Shown here in pieces: positions 25,480 to 39,692 of a stretch of 64,000 nt of DNA. Numbering within the stretch: position 1 is the stretch's first letter; every line of letters starts with the position of its first letter. The notes below the pieces were generated by a model. It did not search any database, had not been told where the DNA came from, and saw only the letters and a program-made list of their open reading frames with translations. The stretch lies in NCBI RefSeq assembly GCF_009914755.1, contig NC_060927.1; one strand, 5' to 3'. The stretch comes from the human T2T-CHM13v2.0 reference genome, Homo sapiens. Both the position numbers and the translations under genes were made by a program.

Positions 25480-25960
25480 GTCACAGGAGATAATATTTGC
25501 AACAGAGAAACTTCAGGGGACATGCTGTGCTGGACCTTCAGGATGGGGAGGACTGGTGCAGGGAGGTATGTCAGGTTGGAAATAGGAATGTGTCAAGAAA
25601 AGGCTTTGAGATGGAGGAAACTGCCCTGAAGGAGGTTTATGAGTGTGTAAAAGGCTTGAAGAAGTAATCGGAGGTCAAACCTTGAAGGAGTCTGAAAGCT
25701 ATGCTGCTGAGGAATTTGCACTTAATCCTGAGAGTTATGTGGAACAGGTCAGTGGCAGGCCCATGTTTACGTTTTGGCAGTAATGTGCAGGATGGATTGG
25801 AAAGAGCAAAAGTAGAGCCTGAGATGCTAGTTGAGTTTCTGAGAGTACTGTAAGTGATGACAAAAGTTTGAGCCAAAGAACTGGCCGTGAGGAGGAGAAA
25901 GATTCCAGAATCATTTAGAAAGGCCATTTGGATATGGGAGCCAAGGAAGAGGAATTGCGT
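25480..25960 (+). mobile_element. L2 fragment
   Basis: Purine-rich decayed L2 3' region (GAGGAATTTGCACTTAATCCTGAG...). Confidence 0.5.
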
Positions 25961-26439
25961 CGTTCAGCAGTTCTCAGCCCTGGCTATGCTTAAAAAATAT
26001 AAAGACACTCAAGCCTTGGAAATTTTGATTCAGTAAGTCTGGAATGGAGCTAGACATGGAATCTTATTAGAGAGTGGGCCTGTTGGGCCGCTGCCTGGGG
26101 TACCAGTTTATAAGAAACCCTAAAACGTCCTTAGAGCAAGTTGGAAATCTGCTAACTGGTGAAAGATAGACTCACTCCTAATGAACCTGGAGCACCCTGT
26201 CATGAAAATAATAAAATATTCCTCTCTAGCACCAACCTGTCCCAGTGGAGTGAGTTGAGTATTTCCTACTTGCAAGGTCTGCAGTGTAACCAGAGGCTCT
26301 GCCAACAACCTGGGAGCAGCCAACCACCAGTCAACAAAAATTTGGAAAGTAACAAAACATGAAGTGTTGTTTCCTAGAAGGGAGGGATTTACTGGTTATC
26401 TAAATTTAAAACCCTTTAATATAGCTTCCAAGAAGTTGC

Positions 26440-26751
<312 letters not shown>

Positions 26752-26759
26752 GAATTACA

Positions 26760-27140
26760 AGGTGGAACTGAAGAGGAATGGAGTGTGCAATCTTAAATAG
26801 AGTGGTCAGAGAAGGCTTCACTAAAGAGGTGACACTTGGGCAAAGACCTGAAGGAGATGAGGGAGCAAACCATGGGGATATCTGGGGCATTCTAGGGAGA
26901 GGGATAACAAGTGCAAAGGTCCTGAGGTGGGATCTTGCCTGTAATATGCAAGGGACAATAAGAAGGTGAGTGTGTCCTGGAGCACAGTGAGAGAGAGTGT
27001 GCAGAGATAATGTTAGAGAACCAATGAGGGCCAAAGTGTGAAAGGACTTGTAGGCCCCTGTAAGATGTGGCATGTTACACTGCAGGAGATTTGAAGCCTC
27101 TGGTAGGTTTTGAGCAGAGAAATGACAAAAATCTGATTTA
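26760..27140 (+). mobile_element. L2 fragment
   Basis: GTGGTCAGAGAAGGCTTCACTAAAGAGGTGACA...AAGTGCAAAGGTCCTGAGG...GGTTTTGAGCAGAGA. Confidence 0.75.
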
Positions 27141-28849
27141 TGACTCTTTTCAAGTAATTCTTCTTAAAAGTAATTTTATTCATGTTATTAGGATGGACCA
27201 GGATATGCTATAACAACAAACAATTCTTTACAGCTTAGCCATGTTCTTGTGTGACATTTTATTTGGCTGGGCTAGATCCTGCAGCAGCTTTTCCCAAGTG
27301 TGTTCCATGAGTCATTGGAGCTGCTTCTTTTGAAAAACAGTTCTGCTTTCAGTAATCCTGGAAATACTGGGCACTCTCTTCCTGTCTAAGTTAGTGATTT
27401 GAGACCATCATTAAAAATACATAAAATTGGAATAGAATAGAAAATGTCAGAGTGCATCACATGAAGTAATGTTTTATAAAACATTCTTTTAGTTACATTT
27501 ATACATATATGTTTAATATATATCTTGTGTGGGGTCACAGTCAGAAAATGAGACTCAAAAGATCACAGCGTCTCCCTAAACATCTAAATAAAACCCTGAA
27601 TGGTTTGTACTGTCCTCCACCCTCTTCCCTCATTTCCCAACCAGGGCTCAAACTCTCTGTCCTTTCAGTAGTCCATATGCACAGACAAGCTGCAGTTTGC
27701 AGTGCTACATCCTGCCTCCTGTTCCTGCCATATCAAGTCTTCCTCTTTGTTTCATGTTCTGGCAAATAGACTTGGATTTGCTAAACTGTTTACTGGCGAT
27801 CTGGTCTCAGGAAAGTTACTTCACCTCCCTAATCCTGACTTTCCTAATTTGCAAAAGTTTTCCTTTTAGGATCGTTTGTGGTTATTAAATGAAATAATGT
27901 ACAGAAAGCATCTGGAATGTTAAGGACCGAATACTTTCCCTTCATCTGTTCCTCCTGCCCATACACACATACACAATTTAAGGGGACTCTCTGGATCTTT
28001 GCTTCCCTTTAGAAGCACTGCCATCAGTGATAACCTCAGATCATTCTGGGGCAGGAGACTGCTGGGAAGATGCCTGTCTTCATCTAGCTAATGATGCTTC
28101 CTGTTAGTTTCAGTACTGGAGGCTAATTTTTCAGCCTGGCCCCCAAATTCTCTCAGAGCACCCTACTGCTGACTCTGCCTCGCCTCCATCCATTGTCTAC
28201 AGGCTCTTAATAATCCTGGGGTCCAAACATTGGGCCACTGGGGGACACAAGTCATAAAGACGTCTGGGGACTGGTCGATGGTCATCCAGCTGTTAATAGT
28301 GGGGCTAGCCCTGATTTTGGGACTACAGAACCCCTAAGCCCAGGACATTCCCCAACGGGGAACGGATAGACTCTCAGGTCTTGCTCTGACTGTGCCTTTG
28401 TTGGCAGTAGGTGACTCAGGGGACACAAAGGCACTGTCTGTGCATCCAAAGCAGAGAGGTATCAGCCACTTACTTCAGTGACTTTAACAGTGATTAGTTC
28501 TCAAGGACAAAAACTCTTCATTGTTAATTAGCTTAGTGGTCAACGGATTTTCCTTCCAAATCCTCTTGGGGACTGAACCCAAACAAGGCGAAGAAGTGAC
28601 AGTAAAAAAAGACTTGTCCTTCTGACAAGCGACAGTAAAGAAAAAGACTTGTCCTGCTTGGCAGGAGAGGGTGGCAGTTTGGGCAACACTCAGCCATATT
28701 GCTGAGTTGCAGCGAACTCACCAAGCACCCTCACACCTTAGAGGCGTCCCTCACCGTCCAGCCTTGGTGCATCACCCGTCAGGCGGGCAGTCAGGGCGTA
28801 GACCTTTCCTTCCTAGCACCTGGGCCCCTACTCCAGAAGACCAGAAGAC

Positions 28850-29630
28850 TGCGGCTGGCCGAGCCCCCGGCAGGGCTTTTATTGTGAAGGGAGCTTCCCC
28901 CTCCCGCGCTTTCAGGGGAATGGGGAAGCTGGGCCGGGACGCGCGGCAGGGACTTTGCAAACTCTGCAAAAGTCCCGAGTAGACCGCAGAGGCTCGCGGC
29001 CGCGGGTAGGCTCCCTCAGATCCCCGTAGATCTCAGTAGATCCGGCGTGTATTCCCCACCCGCGGAGTATCCCGGTGTGCAGCGATCTCCCGAGAGTTGG
29101 CGCAGGGCCACTTGGCTGCAGAGAACGTGTGCACCTTCAGTCCGGGAAACCCGCCCCAGCCGAGTAGCCGCGCATCCTGGGAAGCCTGGCGAGCCACGGC
29201 GCCGGGGGCGGCCAAGGGGAGGCGGGATGAGTCTGCGAGCCGGCTGAGCGCGCCGAGGAGCCGGCCGGGGCACCGCCGGGGACATGGTAGGACTCGCGGG
29301 AAGGAACGCGCGAGCGGAGGGTGGGGCGATCACCAGGACAGGTGGCTGCAGTCAACGCGCAGCGGCCCAGGGCGCGCGCAGCCTGCGCGGCCTCCCGAGG
29401 CCGGAGTTGTTCCCCGAAAGTTGCATGGGGCGGCGGCGGCTTTCATTTCTGCACCAGAGCTGGGGGCGATCGGCTTTCCTGCCGCTCTTAGTGGGGCGGA
29501 CCGTAATAAGGGGGCTTTTATTACTAATCTGCACTCCTTGACCTAACCGTAACCCACTCGCAACTCTGCAATCTTCATGCAATCCACAAGGCAGGGAGAG
29601 GGGAGCGTTCCCTGGGGAACCCACGGCAGC
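28850..29630. promoter_or_regulatory. CpG island / probable promoter and first exon of an unidentified gene
   Basis: The only CpG-dense non-repeat stretch in the window. GGGGCGG GC boxes near 29205, 29427 and 29493; candidate + strand donors ATG|GTAGGA (29287) and CAG|GTGGCT (29342). Confidence 0.85.
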
Positions 29631-32600
29631 CTCTGATGAGATGCTTTTGAAGTCATTTTAATACTCTCCAAAGTTCATGTGAATTTTATACTATCTTCTC
29701 TAATTTAGCTATGTATTGATATTAAAAATAATGTCCTAACGTTTATTAACATTTAATAACTAAATTAACATTGAGTTAAATTGGCTCTAGTAAGGTTCCA
29801 ATCCGCCTTCCTCTACCTCCCCGACAGGAGGACTGTTGGGCAGATGTGGAAGCACTGGTGGGTCTGGGATGTCACGATGAAACCAGGATCTTGTGGACGT
29901 GGCCCTTCCATTGATCAACTTCACAGACACTAACAGGCAGAAAAGAAAAACCCATCGAGAATGTGGCCCAGGCGGCTTAGCTAAAGGACACATGCAACCC
30001 CAGGAAAGGGGCGTCCCTCAGGCCCGGCCGCTGGTTAGTTGCTCTGCTTCTCCCGCAGCAGAAAACCCCTGCAACCCCAACTGGGCTCCTGCAGTTCACT
30101 GGGCTCCCCTGGCTGCTTCCGTGCCTGCTCGCCTCTTCCCTTTCCTTCCAAGCTCACAGAAGGCAGATCGGAACCCACTGGAGATGCTTTGTGGGGAGTT
30201 TTGCTGGGCCTGGGGTTTAGAAGGCTGTCTAGAGACTGCGCTGTAGGATGGAGGGTCTCTGTGAGAACAGCTCCTTTGTGTGCAGGGGGGCCTGGCAGGT
30301 GGCTGGAACAGAGGTGGAGGGCTGGTCATAAGGAGCTGGGGGCTCAGGGAAGGGTACCTTTGAGGCTAGGGGTGTGTGTATGTTTCACCCCTCCTAACAC
30401 CTATCCAGCTTCAGGTTTTTTCTCAAAGCTGCTAAGAGAAGGAAATAGTGGAATCTTAAGCTTCAAAAGGGGGAATGATTGGGGGTACAGGATGTGAAAC
30501 GAAAAGTGTGGAGATATCCTATTACAAATTCCCTGTTTAGGAGCAAGAGTGTTACCAGAACTCAGGCCACAGCCATCCACTCCGAGGGGCATTAGCATGC
30601 TGGAGTCTCCTGGCTTTAAAGGCAAATGTAGCAGAGGCTCTGTGGTCTGCGGCTGAAGCAGAGTGCCTGGAGGAGAGATGGTACCTGCCTTCTGCTCAGG
30701 CTGCCTAGGGGAACATTGGTGTGTTTGCCCCACTGCCAGCGTAAGCTTCCCGTTCTGTGAGTCATTGCAGCTTCCCGGTTTCACGTCCCTGGCTCTGGGT
30801 TCTGGTATTGTGTTAGGAAGAGGACTTGTGTCAACATTTCACTGTCTCAGGGTTCACTTGCAGAGAGAGGGGCCTGATGGTCATCCTCTGGCAGTGAAAT
30901 GGCCTTGGAGATCTGAAGGCTGTCCTTTGCTTCTCCATCTGAATGAAGGGTCTTGAGGTCCAGAGACCACAGGGCAGCCTGGCACTGGCTAGAAGCAGCA
31001 TGGGAGGAGACAGGGGGCTAGGAATCCTTTGAGGACCTTAGTTTCCTCTTCTGTTAGATGAGAGATTGGACTAGATGTTATTCAAGGTGCCATTTAGCTC
31101 CAAAAATGGGTGATATGTGAATAATTTTGAGATTGGATCTCAATTCTAGTGTTGAGCTGTGCTTAGCATGAACAACTAAAAAGGTGTGGGGAAGAAGTGG
31201 TTCTCAGCCCTGACTCAGGCTGCCCCCATCCCCCAGCCCAAATCCAGATGAGACCCAGACCAAGGGATGTTTTCAGGCTCTGCAAGTGAGCCCAGTGTGC
31301 TGCCAGGGCTGAGAACCACAGGGCAAGAAGGCTGAGAGAACGGGAGAAAGCTGGGGCTCAAAGCTGCACTTCCCAAGATATCCCTATGTCCACAGAGTGG
31401 TCATTCCTTGAGATAGTCCTAAAATAGTTTTTGGGAAATGATAGATGCTATATCATTTCCCATTATATGATATCACATATATCACATGCTATATCTCTTT
31501 GAGGGTCCTTCCACAGAGTATTGTCTTTTAATTCATTACACTGAGATTTGAACTTGCCCAGCTTGTTTGAATACGGTATCCTTTATTCAGTATTTCCCTA
31601 ATGCCATCCTATTATTGATCCAAGATACGTATGATGGGAAACTCTGGGTTAGAAGTATACAAATAAAAGTATAGAATCCTTAAATGTCCTTTTGAAAAAA
31701 AGAAAAAAGAAAAGAGCATTGAGCTGCAGTATCTGCGGGGGCATTTTTGATTATCCTGAGGAGTCAGGGGTCATTGCCATGGCTTGGTGTGTATTTTTCT
31801 AAAGCGAAGATTGGAACACTTGTCAGTTTCTTTCTTTGCAGTGGTGGTGGGAGGTTTGGTGTTTGCCAAGGACTCTGTACTTGATGAAAAATATTGATAG
31901 AATCAGATATATATGTGTTGGGTTAAAAATTAAAAAAGAAAAATATTGATAGAGAAAGTTGAAACTATTACTGCCAATTAAAAAATGTTTTCCTCCTGAT
32001 TTTTGAGAAAAAATACACAACTTCTACAGGAACCATGATTATCATTTTGGCATATTTCCTATTCTCTTTGAGTATTATTTTAAAGAGCTGAGATTTCACC
32101 ACACATGGAATTTTGCAGTCTGATTTGTTTTACTTCAGTTTATATCAAAGCACGTTTCCATGTCTACATCTCTAGAAAAATCTTTTATAACCATACATTT
32201 AATGCTCAGTACCGTGATTTTGATAATCATCTCCCCATTTTTGGACATTTAGGTCACTTCAGGATTGGGGCTGATTTCAGTGGCATGTGGCCAGCTTCTC
32301 ATTATCCATGGAAATGAGGACCTGAGTGCCCAGCTAAGTGGAAATCAGAAAAATTCACAAGAATGAATTGCTCCGGCCTCTTTCTCTATCCAAGCTCTTA
32401 CTGTAACTACCCTCCCAGGGCCCAGCGTGCTGTGGGAGGAGTTTCCTCTTGCCTGTCTTCACTCTGTGCTGTGGGCAGGTCATCAGGCAGGCAGCAGTGG
32501 GGGCAATGGAGTCCCAGGGGAGCCCACATGGGCCAGTCCTCCTTGGGAGAACCAAGAGCTAAAATCCCTGGAGGTTAAGACTCAGAGGACAAGGAGCTGA

Positions 32601-33937
32601 AGCTGGAAAAGGGATGTGGCCTCTTTAGGGTCACTTAGAGCCAGGCTAGGGCCCGGGTCTCCTAGTTCTTCCCCTCCACTCTCCATGTAGGTCCTGTCAC
32701 AGTCACTACAGCCCCATCATAGAATTGAGGGATGTGGTGTGGCTTGGAGTGGCAGAGGAAAGGCCTGGGGTTTGCAGTCAGAATGGGGTTTGTGCTGGGC
32801 TAGGTCACCGTGTGGCTCTGGGTAAGCGCTGCCTTGCTCTGAACCTTAGCCCCTTATCTGTAAAATGAGTCATTGTGAGGAGCAAATGGAGTCATGGAGG
32901 TGAAAATACTTGGTGTCTCAAAGGTGCTGTAAGATTGGGGGCTTTACAAACGACCCACAAAAATAGGTTTGCTTTTTGTTAGGGTCTAAAATGGTAAGGA
33001 AGTCACAGGTGCCTTTCATTCAATACCAGTCAAGGGGATGCTTCTGGGACTCTTCTCTAAGTAAGGATCTAGTATAGATGAAATTTACCCTCAAGTAGTT
33101 TTCTTGCTTCTTTAAGTCTCTCTTCTCATCAGGCAGGAAAACCCAGCCTGCAGATGTTCGTCCAGTCTGTCTCCCTTGCAGAATGCTGCTGACTGGATGA
33201 GAATGTAGCTCCCCAAACAGCCGCAGGTCCTTGGAATCTACTGCTGGGGTCCCCTCATTGAGTCCCTCTGCACTGAATGAGTCGCAGAAGTCATCAGGCT
33301 TAGCTAAAGAAGAGGTTAAACTGGTATTGGAACCTTGAAATGCAGCCCATGGAGCCTGTGGGAAATTTGATCCCCTCTCTCTTCTGGGGTACAGCCCTTA
33401 CTTGCAGCTCCTGCTGCATACCTGACCCAGGCTTTGTGCAGGGCTGGGCAGGGAGCAGAGTGTTTTAAAGAATCTACTGGCCCCAACCATACCAAACAGA
33501 GGTTGATCCAAAAAACAGGGATGTCGGGGGTGGTGGGAACAGGCCTCACAAAGAAATGAGTTCCTTAGTTGTTTCAGGGACTAGTGAGAGAAACATGCTT
33601 CAGCTTGGCCTCAAAGATGCCGACATCCTTCCAATAGGTCTGGGAGGCCCAATGTCTGCTCCCCACCTAAGGTACTAGTAGAGACACAGAGTGCATCAGT
33701 TTTCTTTGAGGCATGGTTGCTGTGAGTCACCTGGGGCTGTCTTTGCTTGGATCATCTTGTGATGTGACTGCTAAAGTGTTTCTGCCTAGGGAGTTTAGGG
33801 CGTGATCCCTCATTTTCTGGATGTGTCTGCACAGGCCTGTGTGTGAAGGACCACTTGGCCTGAGATTGAGGATGAGAGGGAGCCATGATTGTGGGAAAAT
33901 CCCAGGCCGCCCTTCTTTATGTGGATTTCACTTCCTA

Positions 33938-33971
<34 letters not shown>

Positions 33972-34060
33972 ACACACACACACGCTGACTTTCACACATC
34001 ACACATATACTCATACACACACATGTGCACGCACACACACACTCACGCATGCACACATAC
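33938..34060. repeat. (CT)n(CA)n compound microsatellite
   Basis: Direct reading of the sequence. Confidence 0.9.
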
Positions 34061-34245
34061 TCTTGGGAGTGGCCTGGGATCTGGTCCTATTCCCCAGAGT
34101 CCAGCCTGTGGCTCCAGAACTGCCAGCTGAGTGGAAGATGGAAGGTGCTTTATAATAGCATCTGGTGAATCCTGGGGTCAAGGAGGCTAAGAGTGGAAGG
34201 AAAGCAGGATGAGGGCTGATGTGAAGGGTGAGGAAACAGCAGGAG

Positions 34246-34865
34246 TATAACTGAAATGCAGATTCAGTCACTCACCACTTGTAGAGTCCAATTAACAAGA
34301 GCAAGGTCTAGTATAAAGAAAGTGACTTTATTCTAAAGCTTAGCTTAGGGGAAGAGGTACAGGCTCCTGCCTTTAAGGGTACCGCTTTGCTTTAGAGCAG
34401 AAAGCAGGGTCCTTTAAATGAATACTTGGCATGAATGGCATGCAGGGGAGTGAGCAAGCAGGTGGGGGTCTCTGTGACTTGCTTTGGTGCCTTATCTACC
34501 AGGGAGTTGAGCTAGCACCATCACAGGCAGAGCTAGGTTGTAAGGTCATCGTTGTCTTGAGATACTCTCCAGGTGGGAAAGAGTTTTGGAGTGGGCATAC
34601 TTTAGGTTGTAAATTGACTGTTATCTCTCGAGGCAAGCTCCTGGTGGAAGGTAGCTCAGGCTCTGGAGCTTCTAAGTAAGCACATAGTTAGATAAGCTTT
34701 TCATATAGGGAGTGTTTGGTGAAGGGAAGGTAGAGCTTCTAACTGCATTTCTAAAGAGCTAAGTAGGAAGCAAGGATTGAGGGAAAAGGAGGAAGATAGA
34801 AGAAAAAATAATTAAAAAAATAACTTATTCTCTTTGTCTTAGAAAAATGGGGGTACTCGGTTATA
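34246..34865 (-). mobile_element. Solo ERV1 LTR (MER4-group, LTR23/24-like)
   Basis: Ends CTTAGAAAAATGGGGGTACTCGGTTATA; contains AGAGTCCAATTAACAAGAGC and a reverse polyA signal TTTATT. Confidence 0.65.
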
Positions 34866-35189
34866 GGGGCCTCACTCTGATTTCTAGGCCTTCACAAGTT
34901 CTGAAGGAACGGGTGTCTCCATGGGCAGGGACTGAGTCTTACTCCCAAGTGACTTTGGAATTCCTGAGTGGCATATCAAGAAGGCCACAAATGGAGGATT
35001 CACATTCAATGTGTAAATGTGTGTTAATGCTCCCTCTGTCTCCCTGCCGTCTTGTCATTCATTCATTCATCCATTCATTTATAAAATGTCTGCTTTAAGC
35101 CAGACATTGTGTAGGGCAGAAAATAGAAAAATCAAAAATACATACCCTGCTTCTGAGGAGTACACAGTTTATTGAGGCTGCCTGTGCAT

Positions 35190-35191
<2 letters not shown>

Positions 35192-35233
<42 letters not shown>
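35192..35233. repeat. (GT)n microsatellite, ~21 units
   Basis: Uninterrupted GT run. Confidence 0.97.
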
Positions 35234-35236
<3 letters not shown>

Positions 35237-35446
35237 CGGAGGCAGGGGAGCAGGTGGTAGGTGGTAGGTTCAGGGGAGAGGGAAGCACAAGGAAATGCTT
35301 CAGCCCTGTGGGCCAAATATTCTGCTGAAGATATAGAGAAAGGATAGACCCAACCTGAGGAGTGAGTGGGGCAGAGGGAGCCTCCAGGACAGGGAGTATC
35401 TGAGGAGGATCTGGATTCTGTCAAGGGAAGAAAGGAGAAGCCACTG

Positions 35447-36135
35447 TACATCTGTTAGAATAGTTAAAAAGTGAAGCAAAACACCCTGACAACCTCAAGT
35501 ATTGGTCAGGATGCCAGCAACAGGAACTCTCATACATGAAAGTGGGAAACACAGTAGAAAGCAGTTTGTTAGTTTTTTAAAAGTTAAACATACACTTACC
35601 ATATATCCCAGCAATCCCATTCCTGTGTGTTTATGCAGGAGGAATGAAAACATATGTCTACAAAAAAACCTGATGCAAATGTTTATAACAGCTTTACGTA
35701 TAATTGCCCCAAACTGGAAACAACCCAAATGTTGCTCAAGTGTAACTGGATAAACTGTGGTATGTCCATACGGTGGACTACTCCTCAGCAATAGAAAAGA
35801 ACCATAGATCCATGCAACAACGTGGAGGGATGTCAAAGGCATTATGCTGACTGGGAGAAACCAATCCTACTGGGTTACATACTGTGGTATTCCTTTTAAA
35901 TGACATTCTAGAAAAGGCAAAACTATAGGGATGGAAAACAGATCAGCGGTTGCAGGGGTTAGGGGTGGAGAGGCTGTGATTACAAAGGGGCAGCACAAAG
36001 GAGAATTCTGGAGTGATGGAACTGTTGTGCCCTGACTGTGGTGGTGGACATGCAAATCTAATACATGTGTTAAAACTCATAGAATGATACAGAAAAGTTT
36101 CAGTTTTACTGTATGTAAATTAAAATATATATATA
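35447..36135 (+). mobile_element. L1M 3' end fragment
   Basis: CCCAAACTGGAAACAACCCAAATG, GGATAAACTGTGGTAT, AAAAGGCAAAACTATAGGGATGGAAAACAGATCAGCGGTTGC. Confidence 0.85.
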
Positions 36136-36683
36136 ACAAAAAGAAGAGGGAAAGGCATTCTAGCAGAAGGAATAGCACATGCAAAACCCCTGGAGGCAAA
36201 AATGAGCTGTTAAAATTTGGCTGGGAAGGAGCTGGGCTGGGACCACAGGGGAACCTCCTGGAGATGGGGCTGGGGCCAGGGCCTGGCTCTTGGATGTGGG
36301 TGCTCTCCCCACCAGCTAGGGGTTTGTGTTATTGTCCCTAGGGCAGAGGGGGCAATGGAAGGGCTTTTGAGCTTGGAGAGATGGGATTGTGTTTGCATTT
36401 TAGAGAGCGGTTTTGGAGGCTGAGAAGAAGGATTGTGATCCTGGGGGCCAGGATAGAGGTATGGATTCTGTAGCAGGCCAGAGGAGCAGGTAGGGAGATG
36501 TTTGGGCAGGAGAACCTCCAGCCCTTGGTAATCTCAGATGTGGAGGCTGAGAACAGGTCAGGAGTGACTCCAGGTTCTTGTTCAGGCATCCGGATGTATG
36601 GGTCTCTGTCGGCCTTCCTCCTTTCTCTTCATTTTCATTTAAATTTAGCTTTTGGTGTTTCTTTTCTAGTCACACTTAGAAAT

Positions 36684-37183
36684 TGTTAGGAATAATGCTC
36701 AAAATCCTAAGGAAATTGAACACTCAAACAAAGGATTCTTAACAAAGCAATTTTACTTCTGCGCAGAGGGGTGCCTCCTTGGCCAGTTGCCATGAGAGCA
36801 CACCTGAACAAAGGGGCACGAGAGCCTTTATTCCTGATGCAAGTCCTGCCCCTGTACCCTTTCCTCATTGGCCGGGGTCGGGTCATACAATCTAAACTAA
36901 TCCTGGTTGGCTAAACATTTTGATTTTTTTTAGATAGGGTGGGCACACAAAGTGGAGAGGAAGGGGAAGGGGTGTCTGTAATGAGCTAGAAAGTTAGTCC
37001 TCTTTCCAAATAAGGAAAGGAACGTGAGCTGGTACTGATAACGCCTGGTACTGTGGCGTGCCTGGGCACCTAACAAAGGCAAAAAGGAAAAAAAGGAGAA
37101 AAAAGTGGGGGGAGGGGGTACTATGAATTAAAGAATAAAAGATTGATCAGATTATATGAAGAGAAACCTCATCATATCCCACA
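36684..37183 (-). mobile_element. Solo LTR10-family LTR (HERV-I), likely LTR10E-like
   Basis: TGTTAGGAATAATGCTCAAAATCC...GAGAAACCTCATCATATCCCACA; 4-bp TSD AAAT at 36680-36683 and 37184-37187. Confidence 0.78.
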
Positions 37184-37339
37184 AAATGATCATATATAGA
37201 AGTAACTTAACAATGATACTAATCATTTTAATTCTATAAAATCACTTATTATATTCTTAAGAGCAATGTGAAGGTGAAATGTTGGATACTTCCCCTTTAA
37301 TCCTTTGAATTGATTTTGTACATATTGCCTTGATAATCA

Positions 37340-37718
<379 letters not shown>

Positions 37719-39373
37719 TTATGTCCCCCAAGCCACCTTGCCTGTGGTCCCTGATGCTCTCCTCCAGCCGGTGTAGACACCTGGCTCCCTTCCTTCTGGC
37801 CTCCAGCCCAGCTGACCACCACTGCTGGAGAGTGGGTAGGGGCTGTGGCTGCTGCATCCTTCCTAGCCCAACTTCTCCTCCTGCCATGAGCTTGGAATTC
37901 TGCTAAGTGGCCGCGGGAAGGGGCTGTATCACATGCTGTTTACTTGTGGGCAGTTTTTGTTTGGCTTTTGAGGGTGTTTGCTTGCAATGAGCAAACAGCC
38001 TCTTCCAGAACCAGCTGGAGGATTCAAATCCTCCCATCTTGGGGCAGCAGGTTCATGGTTCTATAAGAGCCAGGTTGGGTAGGGATTTTTCCAGAAATGC
38101 CATCAGCCAAAGAACCGGTCAAAAACAGCAGAGGGGATAAGATTAGAAGAGAGAAAGGGAGAGAAAAACGAGAAGAGTCAGACCCAGAGACACAGGGATG
38201 CGAGATGAAGAGAGTAAGGCACAGAGACAAACGAGACCAGCTCTGTGGAGAACCTTCACGTCTAGGCATGGTGCTGAGCCAGGCAGGTGCCCCTTTCAGC
38301 TTGTGAGCATGCCATGCAGCGGGGCTCCCGGGCTGCATGGGGCACACTCTTCTGAGCTGGGTTTCGTCAGTGTTGTTGCCCTTTGGCAGAGCAGTGCTGT
38401 TTTCTGCTGGCCTGGATGGACTGAGGGCTGACTGCCACTGCCTCTCTGTGCTTCACATGCTCCAGGGCTGTCCCTAATGTCAGCTCTGTGCTCCTGCTGT
38501 GGAGGCATTATCAGCAGGACAAACCCAATGGTTCCACTGGCCAGTCTTGCTTCTAGCCAGACAGGCTTTGCAGCAGTGTTGTGAGGTGACTTCCAATGCA
38601 CTGGGCACTAGGAAATTCTCAAGATATTCTGGCAAGGATTTAAAAAGTAACTGTAGTGCTGTTAAATGCTTGGTGATATCTTTGAGATGGGAAGGGAAGA
38701 CCCAAATACAGTCAAACCATAACATTAGCGGGCCGTAATTTCAAAAAGTGCAGGAGCCGCAGTCCCTTTCATTCTTATCTACAAAGGAGATGAATGAACT
38801 GCAGCCCAGGGATAATGTGATAACTCTTACTGGCCAGGTGGAAGGAAAGGGGGAAACGTCGATAGGGGGAGAGGGTTGCAGGGAGGAGCAAGGAACACAT
38901 TTCCTACAGAGCCTGGGAAAAGGTGCATTAATGGATGGGGTGGGTCCTCACATTTGCTTTCTGTCTCCAGGTCTGTGCAATCTCTTCCTTCTAGGTGTCC
39001 CATTCTGTCTGTCTGGACTTCCCTTTTAGGGTTCAGAATGCCGTTGATCTTTCTTTTTGGTGAATGTAGAGTTGAGGTAGGATTCTTAGAAACTTGTTCT
39101 TTTGAATATTGTCACTGCTTCTTTTCCTGACCTAATTATAGGGGAATGTTTTCCTCAATTTTCCTTTTGGGCCTGTTAGGGTTTTGCAACTCTATTGTTT
39201 TATCTCTGTCTTTTGTAAATTGTAAGAGCAATACCTGTTTATCATGGAAAATCCTACCTGCTTTCTTTTGGGTCTCTTTGGAGGAGTCTCTGTGTGGTGC
39301 TCCCAGCGTTAGACTCACAGCATAGACAGGTGCACCTGCTGGGAGGTCTGCATGGTCAAGAGTCCCTGTGCAG

Positions 39374-39692
<319 letters not shown>

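Noticed and set aside
28671-29624. Arg/Pro/Ala/Gly-rich ORFs across the CpG island, and naming the gene
   Set aside because: Stop-codon scarcity in GC-rich DNA explains the ORFs. I do not recognise the locus well enough to give a symbol.
38260-38282. REST/NRSE site (ATGGTGCTGAG)
   Set aside because: Only one half-site; the CTGTCC half is absent.
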